Below, one piece after another: positions 43,447 to 55,994 of a DNA stretch of 64,000 nt; the stretch's first letter is position 1, and every line of letters begins with the position of its first letter. The stretch spans positions 384,001 to 448,000 of the forward strand of contig CAWJYV010000008.1 of assembly GCA_963847185.1 (NCBI GenBank), in the 5' to 3' direction. The notes under the pieces were generated by a model, which saw only the letters and a list, made by a program, of their open reading frames with translations, ran no database searches and was not told the origin of the DNA. Origin of the DNA: an uncultured Methanosarcinaceae archaeon (GTDB lineage: Archaea; Halobacteriota; Methanosarcinia; Methanosarcinales; Methanosarcinaceae). A program made the translations under genes and the position numbers.

Positions 43447-44655
43447 ATGAACGATAAAATTATTAATTCAGAAGGCACGAGTCCAGAAGAGATATCTGGA
43501 GATGAGATCGTAAAAAATAGTGCATATGATGAGAAAGAGAGTCCGATCTCTAGTATGGGTATTTCCAACACTGGAGAAAAATCTTATGATTATGGTCCTT
43601 CCTCGAGTGCCCCAAGTTCCGGGGAAATGGTTTCCCAGGAATCTCCCTCAGGAGTTCCCGAAAGAAATAACGAAGCTCTTATACAGAGAAATGAGAGTGG
43701 AAATCCGAGCATTAATCCGGCCTCTTCTCCACACAAGAAAAAGAACAGCTTGCCTTACGTGCTGGTTATATTAGGTTTACTTGCTGTTATACTTGCCAGT
43801 ACCGCTGCAATTTTCTACGGTTTTGGTTTTGGAAGGGATATCGGGAGTCATGATAAGGTAGCTATCATCTATGTCCAGGGAACTATCCTTACAGGAAATG
43901 TTCCTGAAGGGCTTGGCTATGCAACTTCAGAAGAAATTTCAGAAAACCTCCGCAGTGCTGTAGCGGATAAAAACGTTAAAGCGATTGTTCTTCGGGTCAA
44001 TAGTCCGGGCGGGTCTCCTGCTGGAGCTCAGGAAATTGTGGAAGAAATTAAAAGAGCCCAGAAGCATGGGGTTCCTATTGTTATATCCATGGGAGATCTT
44101 GCGACCAGTGCAGGGTATTATATTTCTGCTCCTGCAGATTATATTATTGCAAATCCCTCTACAAATACCGGATCTATAGGAGTTATCTGGACTTTTCAGA
44201 ATGCGTCTGCTTACAACAAGCAACAAGGTATAGATTATTATGTTTCAAAATCCGGGGAATTTAAAGATATGGGAAGTACCTCAAGAGGGCTCACGGATGA
44301 TGAAAAAGAATATGCTGACTCTTTAGTTATGGAAGTTTATGAAAACTTTGTAACCACGGTTTCCGAAGGAAGGAATCTGAGCAGAAGCGATGTAAAAGCC
44401 ATTGCAGACGGTCGTATATATACTGGAATCACAGCAAAGGAGCTTGGTCTTGTAGACGATATTGGGAATCTTTATGATTCAATTGACAAGGCTGCAGAGC
44501 TTGGGGGAATTGCAGGAGAGCCTAAAGTCATTTACATGAATAGGGTAAGTATCTCAAAGCTGCTTCTAGGCTCAGATTCCGGGGGATCTAACGAGACGGT
44601 CAGGCAATTTGTCAGTTATTTCGAAGAAAGCCAATATGGAAAACTCCTCGTTTAA
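43447..44655 (+). CDS. sppA: Signal peptide peptidase SppA (S49)
   Basis: RVNSPGGS, ATSAGYY, TGSIGV, SGEFKD; TM anchor after an acidic disordered N-terminus. Confidence 0.9.
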   Translation: MNDKIINSEGTSPEEISGDEIVKNSAYDEKESPISSMGISNTGEKSYDYGPSSSAPSSGEMVSQESPSGVPERNNEALIQRNESGNPSINPASSPHKKKNSLPYVLVILGLLAVILASTAAIFYGFGFGRDIGSHDKVAIIYVQGTILTGNVPEGLGYATSEEISENLRSAVADKNVKAIVLRVNSPGGSPAGAQEIVEEIKRAQKHGVPIVISMGDLATSAGYYISAPADYIIANPSTNTGSIGVIWTFQNASAYNKQQGIDYYVSKSGEFKDMGSTSRGLTDDEKEYADSLVMEVYENFVTTVSEGRNLSRSDVKAIADGRIYTGITAKELGLVDDIGNLYDSIDKAAELGGIAGEPKVIYMNRVSISKLLLGSDSGGSNETVRQFVSYFEESQYGKLLV

Positions 44656-44838
44656 AACACTTAGGCAAATGTCAATAAAAACGATAATATTCTTTTCCAA
44701 TTGTAACCAATTGAGAAACTCCTTTTTTCAACTCTTTTTTCAACTCTTTTTAACTTCATATTTTTACTTTCTATTTTTATCCCCTTAAATTGGATCTCAA
44801 TCAGTTTTGTTGGGGATCTGCATAAATTTGCAGTTTAG

Positions 44839-46155
<1,317 letters not shown>

Positions 46156-46231
46156 GTTTGTAGATTACTTCGATATCTCTAATATCTTCTTTTAATTTTA
46201 TTTTATTTTATTTTTTAATTTTCTTTTCCTC

Positions 46232-48217
46232 TCAGCTTTCTTCAGTTGAATTCCCTACCTTTCTCCTGCAGAGTTTGTCCAGAAGCAGAATATTGTCAAG
46301 CATCAGGGATGCGCTCCATCCTAATGGAATTGCCCAGGCAGGTTTGCCTGTGGATTTATCCACCTGTTCAGGGAGGAGTCCTGTACTGGTTGCCCCGGCA
46401 AGGGCCCATTTAAGGCAGTTAATTCCTTCACTTGTCAATCTTTTTACATTTTCTTCATACTTTCCCTCTTTCTCGGGGGGAAGATCAAGGGCAAGGGCAA
46501 ACATTGCTTCCGAAAGCCAGAGAGTAGCTACTATCCATGGGTTTCCATCAATGTAACTATCGTTTTCGTACCTTTTGATTCCGTAACCCTGATTAACAGG
46601 CATTGAGAGCTTCTTCTGGATATTTTCTATCATAAATAGGATTATATCCTTTTCTACAGGATCTTTCGGGGACAGCATTCCAAAGGGAATATAAGTACCC
46701 AGAATGCTTATATCCATGACTTTGTCCAGTTTCTCGTTAATTATTCCTTTTGCAAAATAACCTTCCGGAAGCCAGAAACGATCAATTGTAGCCTGTTTGA
46801 TAAATTCAGCTCTTTTTTTCCAGCGCCTTGCCATTCCAGCTTCTTCATTTTCTTCAGCTAAATGGGAGGCGCCCATGAGCCCGGCATAGATTGAGGCATT
46901 TGTATATGTGAAAATTCCATAATAAGTTTCCCACAGGTCCATACAGCTTTCGTGAAGCCCGGATTTAGTCCGTTTCATTAGATATTCGGCACCCCTGAGT
47001 ACGGAAACCCATACCTCTTCCAGAAACTCAACTTTGTTCAGGCCTTCAAGAATCCTGTAGTAGACGTCCATGGCATAAAGAGTGGATCCAGTTTCGTCTA
47101 TCTGAGTCGAGTAATCAAAATTACCCCATGAAGGAGCTATATCCCCATTGAGCCAGTAACGCTGAAACCAGGAGCCGTCAGGAAGCTGAGTTCTTATGCA
47201 CCATTTGAAAAATCTATCGCAATACTCCGGATATCCAGAGTGTTTGAGTGCGAGTACAATCTCCGATGTATCTCTGTTCCAGCAAAATCCGTACCCTCCG
47301 CATTTCTCAAAATTGGAGTCAAACTCCGGAGCAGCTACAAAGGATCCGTATTCCCGGTCATTAAGAAGGTAAAGCATGAGAAGAGCTCGATTGTAGGCAC
47401 CCAAAAGCTCCTGTCGCAGGTTATTTTGTCCTTCTATCGCTGGCATTTTGAGCACCTGCTTTTTAGCAAGCCACATAACCCAGTGTTCTCGTGTTTTTTC
47501 GAAAATATGTTCCAGAGACAGTTTGGAGAGTTCGTGCATTCTTTTATAAAGAAGACTCCGGGAAGAAGCAGCCCCTATCAGGATTACAAACTCATTTGCT
47601 CCGTCAGCTTCCAGTTCAAGATCCCAGCCGGCAACGTTGTTAATATTTCCAATATCTTCCTTATTCTTCTGTAATTTCCCATCTTCCATATCATATTTGG
47701 AGTTTGTCCACCATATGGTGTCCATAGCCTTTCCAATCTGCCACTCTGTAAATTCCGGTAGAGAATGAAGTCCTATGTAATAGTTTTGCCAGTATTGAAC
47801 AAGCAGGCGAGCACTCACATCGCAAAATCCTGAATTTTTCTTAGAAGTTTCCCCTACGTTGAAGTTCGAGTAGTAGAAGAACTTCCCTGAAATCTTTTTC
47901 TGGGACTGTATCTTAAATCTGCGGATAAGGACTGGCACGTCGGGATGCACAAGGTCAAGAATCGAAATTCGAATCCCAGAATCGTGATAGAGCTTCGTGG
48001 ATACTATGTTGGTGTCCTCTATATAATTTTGAATGGAATGCCAGTCATTTTCATTTGTCCAGTGAAGTTTTTCTCCTGTGTGAATGCAGGCAAGGGATTC
48101 TTCAACATGCTGTGCATGGTCTCTTCGGGGATAAAAATAGCCTAGTATCTCTCCTTTCCTTCCCATTGTTACAAGCAGTTCGTCATTTCCAAGAATGACG
48201 TTTGGTTGTCTAATCAC
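46232..48217 (-). CDS. GH15 glucoamylase-family glycosidase
   Basis: YGFCWNRD, QIDETG, DLWE, RYENDSY, LPEQ, PLGWS. Confidence 0.9.
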   Translation of the reverse strand: MIRQPNVILGNDELLVTMGRKGEILGYFYPRRDHAQHVEESLACIHTGEKLHWTNENDWHSIQNYIEDTNIVSTKLYHDSGIRISILDLVHPDVPVLIRRFKIQSQKKISGKFFYYSNFNVGETSKKNSGFCDVSARLLVQYWQNYYIGLHSLPEFTEWQIGKAMDTIWWTNSKYDMEDGKLQKNKEDIGNINNVAGWDLELEADGANEFVILIGAASSRSLLYKRMHELSKLSLEHIFEKTREHWVMWLAKKQVLKMPAIEGQNNLRQELLGAYNRALLMLYLLNDREYGSFVAAPEFDSNFEKCGGYGFCWNRDTSEIVLALKHSGYPEYCDRFFKWCIRTQLPDGSWFQRYWLNGDIAPSWGNFDYSTQIDETGSTLYAMDVYYRILEGLNKVEFLEEVWVSVLRGAEYLMKRTKSGLHESCMDLWETYYGIFTYTNASIYAGLMGASHLAEENEEAGMARRWKKRAEFIKQATIDRFWLPEGYFAKGIINEKLDKVMDISILGTYIPFGMLSPKDPVEKDIILFMIENIQKKLSMPVNQGYGIKRYENDSYIDGNPWIVATLWLSEAMFALALDLPPEKEGKYEENVKRLTSEGINCLKWALAGATSTGLLPEQVDKSTGKPAWAIPLGWSASLMLDNILLLDKLCRRKVGNSTEES

Positions 48218-49032
48218 TGGGGCTCCCCTCTGGTCTGATATTCCTGACTTGTACCGCCTGAAGGAGCTGGTGAGATTATATGCTCGCAGAACTTCTTTCC
48301 AGTAGCCTTACAACTGACTTCCCTCACACTTATGTTCTTCCCGAAATATTCGGTCAGGTAACCTGCAAAATAGCCACTCATGAAGGCGCAAACCGGCTGG
48401 TCCGAAGCTCCGTAAACATCGGCTATAAAAGAATCTTTAACAATGATTTTTCCTTCATAAGTCTTGAGATCACATTCGATTTCCAGTATTCCCCAGCCTA
48501 CGCCCCTGTATAATTCCGCAATCATATTTGCGAAATTGCTGTCATTTAGAGGCATAATACTCTTAAAATATTTTGCTGCATGAATCCCTCCTTTAAGTCC
48601 CGAAAGGGTCAGAAGTCCCTCTGCATGCGGCACACTTTCGTTAAGAGTTTTCATAATGTCAACAATTGTGAGCGCTCTTGCTATGACCCCCCTGACCCCT
48701 ATGACATTAAGGGGAAAATCCACAGAATGAATCATCCCATATTCTGAAGTCCCCCACTCTACTTCGCTTACTATTTCCAAGTCCTTTATTTTTTGAGCTA
48801 GGGTCTCAGGATCAGTATCTTTTTTAAGTTCGGTGAATATTGAATATTCTCCTGTATTTTGTGTAAGGTTATCCAGGTGCCCAAATAGAACGGATACATT
48901 TTCTTTTTCAAGAAAATCAGATATTAAGGATAAAGATCCACGCTCTTTCGAATAGATAATCTTGAACCATACAATCTGCGAATCTTCATTGAAGCCTGCA
49001 AACGTGAATAAATCTTTAACCATGTGACTCAA
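48214..49032 (-). CDS. ACT-like + V4R (4VR) domain protein
   Basis: N-terminal ACT-like (ERGSLSLIS); C-terminal GWG...PVCAFMSGYFAG...EVSCKATG..FCEH V4R signature. Confidence 0.8.
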   Translation of the reverse strand: MSHMVKDLFTFAGFNEDSQIVWFKIIYSKERGSLSLISDFLEKENVSVLFGHLDNLTQNTGEYSIFTELKKDTDPETLAQKIKDLEIVSEVEWGTSEYGMIHSVDFPLNVIGVRGVIARALTIVDIMKTLNESVPHAEGLLTLSGLKGGIHAAKYFKSIMPLNDSNFANMIAELYRGVGWGILEIECDLKTYEGKIIVKDSFIADVYGASDQPVCAFMSGYFAGYLTEYFGKNISVREVSCKATGKKFCEHIISPAPSGGTSQEYQTRGEPQ

Positions 49033-49061
49033 ACTCCCTTAATTAATATGTATACATTTCA

Positions 49062-50258
49062 TTAAGCTATTGCGCTAAGTTTTCTGAATACCTGAGCTTT
49101 GAAATCCATAAGCACAGCCATGAAATTGACTGCTGCTTCGAAGGGTGTGGAGTGGACACTGAAATAAGAATGCACATCTCCGTCCCCGAGCCACTTTGTG
49201 CACATATAGTAATAGTGATCCGAGGTAAGCAGGTGTTTCCATATGCGTAGAATTTCAGGGTCTTTAGTTTTTTTCACAAAAGGTTCAAGTAATTTTATTT
49301 CTTCAAAACAGCGTCTTTGCATGTCATTTCCAAGCCATGCACTTGTGTCACGTTCCATATCAGCCCAGGAAATGGTGGAAAAATCTCCTATATCTATCTC
49401 AGCTACAGGTGAAAGTTTCTCTATAATTTCAAGGGGTGTACTGAAACTCAGGTTAGTCTTGAGGACTTCTCCAGGGAGCTTTTGCAGGAAGTCAAAAATT
49501 CCTGTTTCTTTCCACTGGTGCTCTCCAAAGGTCTCATAATCCATAAAAATATTAATACACTCCCCTTTTACCCCAGAAGCCCAGGATGCCCATTTTTCCG
49601 CAGTCAGAGGGTATTCTTCCCACCACCTTGATGAAAAACGATATCCAATGTCATCACTAAGCTTGTAGTTCCTGAAGATAATAGGAAGTCCTGAACCCGT
49701 TGCCCTGTAAAGGGTGTTAGGGGACCTCCCATCAAGTATGTGGTCCGCACCTTCAGCGAGGATTGCCTTATATCCGAGATCAGATGCAATCTTTGCTATT
49801 GTGTTATTGTAAAGCAGTTCGGTATTTCGGAATACCTGAGGTTTAACCCCGAGAAGGTCATTCATGGCTTCTGTATGTTCTTTTATCTCTTCCACAAACT
49901 CCGTTTTGTCTTCAAAAAGGCTTGAAAGGGAATGATAGAAAGTCTCGTCTAGAAATTCCACAGCTCCTGTTTCCGCCATCTGTTGAAAGCCTTCAAGCAC
50001 TTCTTTCCCCCAGAGTTCACATTGTTCGAGCAGGGTTCCTGTAAGAGAAAGAGCAAACCTGAATTCTCCTCGATGCTCGTCAATAGAATCAAGGAGAGAA
50101 TTATTGGCAGGAATATAGCACTTCTTAGCTACTCTTTCAAAGATTTCCCTGTTGCTTCTCTTATCAAAATAGCGGAAAAAACCTGATTTGTCGTCAGGCC
50201 AGAATCTGCGCAGTCTAAAGGGCTGATGCACCTGGAAATACATGCAGACTGATGTCAT
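49062..50258 (-). CDS. GH57 alpha-amylase-family glycosidase
   Basis: FQVHQP, FRNTEL (nucleophile Glu), MDYETFGEH (acid/base Asp), TSDHYYY. Confidence 0.92.
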   Translation of the reverse strand: MTSVCMYFQVHQPFRLRRFWPDDKSGFFRYFDKRSNREIFERVAKKCYIPANNSLLDSIDEHRGEFRFALSLTGTLLEQCELWGKEVLEGFQQMAETGAVEFLDETFYHSLSSLFEDKTEFVEEIKEHTEAMNDLLGVKPQVFRNTELLYNNTIAKIASDLGYKAILAEGADHILDGRSPNTLYRATGSGLPIIFRNYKLSDDIGYRFSSRWWEEYPLTAEKWASWASGVKGECINIFMDYETFGEHQWKETGIFDFLQKLPGEVLKTNLSFSTPLEIIEKLSPVAEIDIGDFSTISWADMERDTSAWLGNDMQRRCFEEIKLLEPFVKKTKDPEILRIWKHLLTSDHYYYMCTKWLGDGDVHSYFSVHSTPFEAAVNFMAVLMDFKAQVFRKLSAIA

Positions 50259-51391
50259 GCTTTCTCCTCCAGGACTGCTCTCCTGAGATCAGAGAGGATA
50301 GAAAAATAGTTTACAGCTCTTTCATACCCTTCCCTAGTATTCCCAGGGTTCATAGAAAAGAATATCTCACTCTGCTGAAGGTAACCGTACACATTTTTTA
50401 ATTTCAAGTAATTTTCACTTTTCTTAATTTCTGAAAGTTCCTCTCCGACTCTTATCAATTCGCGCAGATAGAGTTGTTGAGCGTGATTCCCAAGTGCATT
50501 GTGCATTCCGTAACGAATTGTCTTCTCGGTCCCAAGAGTAGGAAGCCTTAAAGGTTTAAATTTCTCTACAGCTTCGTAAGGAGTGAGCATTTCAATGCCT
50601 CGGATTTTAAGAGCTTCTGGAAAATCTCTTATAAAATCGGCTATCATACTCTTATTTTTGTAGTGAAGGCAGAGATTTGTATAGTTTAAATAAAGGGTCA
50701 GGACATCTCCTTCCATACTGGTTATCCAGTCTGCAAACTTTTCCGGAATAAGAGGATAGCCTTCCCATTTTTTCTCTGAAAAACGCAGCTCAAGATCCTC
50801 GCTAAGATTTATATGCCTTAGTAAAGTAGGAATTCGATTTTCAAAGAGATTTAGAGGGTCACGCCCATCCAGAAGATTTCTGGATCCTTCCGCAATAAGA
50901 CAGCTGAAACCCAGGTCGGAAATAACACTCTCCACTCTTTCAATGTAGAGAAGTTCGGTATTTACGAAGGTTCTGGGAACAACTCCTAATAATTCCCTGA
51001 TCATCTCCCTGTGAACGAGTACTTCTTCCTTAAACTGGGAAAGGTCTGGATACAGGGAACTCAGGGAATGGTGACTGCAGCTGCCTGTAAACTCTACGCT
51101 GCCGCTCTCCCCGAGTTCGTGGAAAGATTCGAGAAGTTCCGGATCCCATCTGCATTGTTCAAGGAAAGGTCCGGATAAATCAAAGGAATATTTTCCCCCT
51201 CTTTCTATAGATTCCATAAATATTTCGTTAAGGCGCAGAATCTGTCTGCTTGCATTTAAAAACTTTAGAAAAATATTGTTCCAGTCAAAATACCGGTCCA
51301 TCTCAGGCACCCCGGAAAAACCCTCTACAGGCCAGTACCACTTTGGACTGTAAGGCAGATGCACTCCCATACAGATGCATACAGCTTTCAT
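50255..51391 (-). CDS. GH57-like protein, probably catalytically degenerate
   Basis: GVHLP, HHSLS and FVNTEL are retained, but the DYETFGEH region reads NYTNLCLH. Confidence 0.82.
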   Translation of the reverse strand: MKAVCICMGVHLPYSPKWYWPVEGFSGVPEMDRYFDWNNIFLKFLNASRQILRLNEIFMESIERGGKYSFDLSGPFLEQCRWDPELLESFHELGESGSVEFTGSCSHHSLSSLYPDLSQFKEEVLVHREMIRELLGVVPRTFVNTELLYIERVESVISDLGFSCLIAEGSRNLLDGRDPLNLFENRIPTLLRHINLSEDLELRFSEKKWEGYPLIPEKFADWITSMEGDVLTLYLNYTNLCLHYKNKSMIADFIRDFPEALKIRGIEMLTPYEAVEKFKPLRLPTLGTEKTIRYGMHNALGNHAQQLYLRELIRVGEELSEIKKSENYLKLKNVYGYLQQSEIFFSMNPGNTREGYERAVNYFSILSDLRRAVLEEKA

Positions 51392-51572
51392 AACAAAGTA
51401 ATCTAGTGCGGAAATATACTAAAAACTATTGTTTGGCTCCTTTTCTAGTATTCGAGTTGAAGTCTTAAAACACAGGAAGATTGTTAAATGCAGAGTTAAA
51501 TAGGATTTATTCTTTAAAAACTCAGGTTAGGAATTGATTTACTAAAAAAGAGAAAGTTAAAATTAGATGGGA

Positions 51573-53723
51573 TTATCCCATCATAAATCTTGTAAGGCTG
51601 CCGTATGCTTCCGAAATTTCCTTCAGGGAAAGGGAAATCTCGAAATCTTTTCCTTTGATCTCCAGGGTATTGCCTTTTACCTTACCGATAACTTTGTGCG
51701 GGACATCTTTGAGGATTTCTTTTACAGACTCGGGTTCGGCTGTAGCAAGCAGGGCCCTTGCGGGAGCTTCTGAGAATAAAAGCTCTTCAGCTTGCATTTC
51801 TGTAATTTCACTCAGGTCTATTTTTGCACCTGAGTTCCTGCACATTCTTGCAAGTCCCGCGCCAATTCCTCCAAGGGAAAGATCATGAGCCGAACTGAGT
51901 TTTCCACTCGTTACAGCTTCGATTATGGCTTTTATAATTGCTGGAGCATTTTTCGGAACCTGAGGCACTTTTCCGGCATTTTGAGCTCCTGAACAGGCAT
52001 AATATTCGGAACCTCCCATCTCCTCAGTTGTTTCCCCTATCAGGAGAATGGTATCTCCGGATTTTGCAAAGAAGCCTGAAGGAAGAAGAGTCTCAAGGTC
52101 TACTTTCCCTATCATTCCTATTGAGGGAGTTGGGAGAATTGCAGTTTTGAATTCGTCACTTTCGTTATACAGAGAGACATTTCCTCCTACTACCGGGATG
52201 GAAAGCTCTCTGGCTGCATCTCCAAGGCCAAGTACGGCATTTTTAAACTGCCAGTAAATCTCCGGCTTATCAGGGTTTCCAAAGTTCAGGCAGTTCACAA
52301 TAGCCAGAGCTTCTGCACCTTTTACAGCAAGATTCATAGCGTTCTCAATAATTGCAGTCTTTCCTCCAGAGTAAGGGTCAAGAAGGGTTATTCTTGGCTG
52401 GCAGCCGCAGGAAAGTGCAATTCCTTTCTTGTCGGTAATTCTGAGTACACCTGAGTCTTCTCCGGGCTTGACGACAGTCCTTAGCTGAACTTCATGGTCG
52501 TATTGTCTGTAAATCCATTCTTTCGAGGCAATATTGTATGAAGACAGGACTTTCAGGAAGCTTTCTTTCAGGTCTTCAGGCGTTTCAGGTTTTTTACCTT
52601 CTTCCCCTTCACGTGGAGCAGGGGCTACCGACGGCTTTTCACAGGTAGGGGCTCCTCCTGTCAGGAAACCTATTGGAATATCCGCAACAATTTCTCCTCC
52701 GAACTCAACGGTATAATTTGGCTCGTCTGTCAAATAGCCAACTACAGCCCCATTAAGATCATATTTTTCTACCAGAGCAAGTACGGCATCAACATTTTCT
52801 GGGGCCACTTCGAAAAGCATGCGTTCCTGAGATTCAGCAAGCAGAATTTCATAAGCATTCATGTTGGGTTCGCGCTGAGGAACGACATCTGTAATAATAC
52901 GGGCTCCGAGCTCTCCCTTTGCGGCAAGTTCAGAGCTTGCTCCTGCCAGCCCTGCGGCTCCAAGATCTTTACAGGATTTGATATAGCCTTTTTCTATGGC
53001 TTCCAGAGTCATTTCTATTACGAGCTTTTCGGTATAAGGATCTCCCACCTGGACGCTTGGTCGGTCTTCGGCTTCGGCTGATTCGGACAGGTCCCTTGAT
53101 GCAAAAGAAGCCCCTCCAAGCCCGTCTTTCCCGGTGCTTGAGCCAGCAAGTATTAGCTTGTTCCCTGCTTTCTGAGAGCGGGCAGTCATTATATTTTCTT
53201 CCCGACAGAGCCCTACTGCGACCACGTTTACCAGTGGGTTCCCACTATATTTTCTGTCAAAGAATGTCTCACCATTGACTACAGGCACTCCTATGCAGTT
53301 TCCATACCCTGCAATTCCTTTAATGATCTGTTCGAAAAGGAAGAGATTTTTCGGAGTGTCAAGAGGTCCGAAGTAAAGAGGGTCCATCAGGGCTATAGGA
53401 CGGGCTCCCATGGAGATTATATCTCTTATTATACCTCCTACTCCGGTAGCAGCTCCGTTGTAAGGATCTACATATGAAGGGTGGTTGTGGCTTTCCATGC
53501 CTATTGCAAGCACGTATCCGTCTTCGAATTTAATTACTGCAGCATCGTCTCCGGGTCCGATAATTACATTTTCACCCGTAGTAGTAAAGGTTTTCAGAAG
53601 AGGAGCACTTGAACGATAAGAACAGTGTTCGCTCCACAAATTTAAAAAACAGCCCTGCTCTACCAGGGTAGGCTCTCTCCCGAGCTCTTTCCTAACTATT
53701 TTCAGATCTTCTTCAGGTAACAT
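51573..53723 (-). CDS. purL: Phosphoribosylformylglycinamidine synthase subunit PurL
   Basis: [45 protein letters not shown]. Confidence 0.97.
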   Translation of the reverse strand: MLPEEDLKIVRKELGREPTLVEQGCFLNLWSEHCSYRSSAPLLKTFTTTGENVIIGPGDDAAVIKFEDGYVLAIGMESHNHPSYVDPYNGAATGVGGIIRDIISMGARPIALMDPLYFGPLDTPKNLFLFEQIIKGIAGYGNCIGVPVVNGETFFDRKYSGNPLVNVVAVGLCREENIMTARSQKAGNKLILAGSSTGKDGLGGASFASRDLSESAEAEDRPSVQVGDPYTEKLVIEMTLEAIEKGYIKSCKDLGAAGLAGASSELAAKGELGARIITDVVPQREPNMNAYEILLAESQERMLFEVAPENVDAVLALVEKYDLNGAVVGYLTDEPNYTVEFGGEIVADIPIGFLTGGAPTCEKPSVAPAPREGEEGKKPETPEDLKESFLKVLSSYNIASKEWIYRQYDHEVQLRTVVKPGEDSGVLRITDKKGIALSCGCQPRITLLDPYSGGKTAIIENAMNLAVKGAEALAIVNCLNFGNPDKPEIYWQFKNAVLGLGDAARELSIPVVGGNVSLYNESDEFKTAILPTPSIGMIGKVDLETLLPSGFFAKSGDTILLIGETTEEMGGSEYYACSGAQNAGKVPQVPKNAPAIIKAIIEAVTSGKLSSAHDLSLGGIGAGLARMCRNSGAKIDLSEITEMQAEELLFSEAPARALLATAEPESVKEILKDVPHKVIGKVKGNTLEIKGKDFEISLSLKEISEAYGSLTRFMMG

Positions 53724-53869
53724 TGCCTTGCCTCTGATTCTTCAAGCCTCTTTTGAATACCGAAGCTCCGGTTTTTTGATATTATTACTTCTTCCTTAAT
53801 TTCAGGATTTTTAGTATAGTGTTAATAGAATATGCGGATAAAGGGGTAGGGGTTAAATAAATATTTCTC

Positions 53870-54210
53870 ACCCGAGTTGCGCCTCGGGAGTACGCTGTCC
53901 TTTTCGCTTCGCTCAAGAGAACTAATTTGGCTTAGAACTCCAAGTTTCTCTTCAGGAGCACGGGGTCTGTTTCGCTATGCTCAAGCAGACTAATTTCTGG
54001 TTTCAGAGTCCCGAATTGCGATTCTGGGTCACAGGGAATCGAAGATTTCCTGGGAGTTGCACTGCAAATGCAATAGCCCACTGCCTGTTTCGCTCACTTC
54101 GCTCGTTCAAGCAGATTAACTTATGGGTTAGGTGTTATTTCTCAAAGAGAACTCATTTATTAAGTTATATCTTTTTCATCCTGAACTGCGCTCGTGAGGA
54201 CTAATAACTG
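53870..54210. repeat. REP-like hairpin repeats interspersed with other stem-loops
   Basis: GTCCTTTTCGCTTCGCTCAAGAGAACTAA, GTCTGTTTCGCTATGCTCAAGCAGACTAA, GCCTGTTTCGCTCACTTCGCTCGTTCAAGCAGATTAA, and a degenerate CGCTCGTGAGGACTAA. Confidence 0.65.
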
Positions 54211-54274
54211 GATAAAAAGAAAAAGAAGTGAATGAGGTAAAAAGTTTATATTGTTAAAATAAGTGGATAAAAAA

Positions 54275-54514
54275 TCAGATTTGCTGGATCATTTTTTCCA
54301 CTTTTACTCCGGTTTCGCTGAGGGAGTACATTTCTTCTTTTTTTGTGATTAATTCTTTTTCCCCGAGTTCTTCGAGGGTTTTTGCAATGGTTGGGTATAC
54401 GATTCTTAGAGTTTTTGCAATTCTTTTTCCATCCATCTCCCCTTTTGAAGAAAGTAGGGAGAGCACTTTTTGCCTTACGTTATTTCCATTCACAAAACCT
54501 ATTAACTCGTTCAT
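54275..54514 (-). CDS. Small winged-helix DNA-binding protein
   Basis: RQKVLSLL...IAKTL...TIAKTLEEL..KELI....YSLSETG wHTH pattern. Confidence 0.78.
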   Translation of the reverse strand: MNELIGFVNGNNVRQKVLSLLSSKGEMDGKRIAKTLRIVYPTIAKTLEELGEKELITKKEEMYSLSETGVKVEKMIQQI

Positions 54515-55057
54515 CAGGTACCCCCGGTATGTGTTTCATTTAGCGATCAATTTTATACTGGTATATTTATATATTTGAAGTGCATATAATATGCTTCTGT
54601 AGGTTATAGAGAAAGATGGAATTCAAAATATATCTAACTTTTTGCTGGCTAAGAAATGCTTTGTCCGGCAAAAGCGGAGATTTTCAAGGTTTTTCAGGTT
54701 GAGTCTGACATTTTGAGACTTTTAGTCTGGAATAACATAGCATCATGACTCAGTTTTTTCTATGAGATCTGTGTCTTTTACGCAATTTCCGTATGGATAT
54801 TCATTACATTCTATTCACTATACCTCTTTAAACATAAAAATCTAATAAAATCGAAAAAAATTGGAAAAATATAAAGCTTTGGATGGCTTATTATTCTTTT
54901 CAGACTCTTTATCTGTGATCCGAAATTCAGCATAAAGTGCCTGAAAAATACCATTAGGCTTTAATACCTTCATTGATTAGTACTTTATATCTATTCAGTT
55001 ATTTTTGGATGTAAATTACATATACAATGATTACAAATTCGGAGGACATACCAACAA

Positions 55058-55366
55058 ATGAGCAGCGGAATGTGCCCGGTATGCGGGCTTCCAAAAGAAC
55101 TTTGCATATGCGAAGAGGTAGCAAAAGAGCAACAGAGAATTACTGTAAAAGTCAACAGAAGAAGATACGGAAAAGAAGTTACTGTTGTAGAAGGCTTTGA
55201 TGCTAGTGAAATTGATCTTCACGAACTTTCAACTTATCTTAAATCAAAATTTGCATGCGGAGGTACAGTAAAAGGAAATACTGTAGAACTTCAGGGCAAT
55301 CACCTGAGCCGCATGAAAGAAGTCCTCATGGAAAAGGGTTTCTCTGCTGAACAAATTAAAAACTAA
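55058..55366 (+). CDS. Translation initiation factor aIF1 (SUI1/YciH)
   Basis: [33 protein letters not shown]. Confidence 0.94.
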   Translation: MSSGMCPVCGLPKELCICEEVAKEQQRITVKVNRRRYGKEVTVVEGFDASEIDLHELSTYLKSKFACGGTVKGNTVELQGNHLSRMKEVLMEKGFSAEQIKN

Positions 55367-55632
55367 ATTCTAACCAGCTTCTCCAGAGATAAACCGGGCC
55401 TGGAAATTTAAAGTAGCATTTTCAGGTTCGGACTCATTCTCCTGTCAGTTTTCTGATAGCATGCGTTTTCTATGCGGTACATTAAGAGAGAACTGGTCCT
55501 TGAGACATAGTTCTTACTAAAAATTTTCTTCACAAAAACCGTTGTCAATTTATATATTTCATAGGTCGATAAACAGATTTCGTAAATGGTTTAATTTATA
55601 ATCATTAATTTATTTATCCAAGTTGGTCTCTA

Positions 55633-55992
55633 ATGAAAACAACATGTGAAGTTATGGTACAGAAAGTCTTGCCTGCTATCAGGGCTGAGCTTGCCCGGAC
55701 AATGATTTGTGATCATGGATGTACCCAGCAGGACGTAGCGGAGATACTTGAATTGTCAAGAGCTGCCGTATCCCAGTACGTGAGCGAAAAACGTGGGGCT
55801 GAAGTCGATTTCTCTGAAGAGACCCAAAAAGAAATCCGAAAATTCGCATTAGTGCTTCTAGATAAAGACTTATCTTCTCAGGAAAAGGTAAAACACATGT
55901 GCAGTATATGCTGTTTTGTCCAGAAATCAGGCTGGCTGTACAGAAATGCTCCTGAAGTCAAAACCTGCGTCATTTGCAAGGATATGAATTAA
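55633..55992 (+). CDS. HTH transcriptional regulator
   Basis: TCE...LPAIR, TQQDVAEILELSRAAVSQYVSEKRG HTH; Cys-rich C-terminus. Confidence 0.85.
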   Translation: MKTTCEVMVQKVLPAIRAELARTMICDHGCTQQDVAEILELSRAAVSQYVSEKRGAEVDFSEETQKEIRKFALVLLDKDLSSQEKVKHMCSICCFVQKSGWLYRNAPEVKTCVICKDMN

Positions 55993-55994
55993 AA

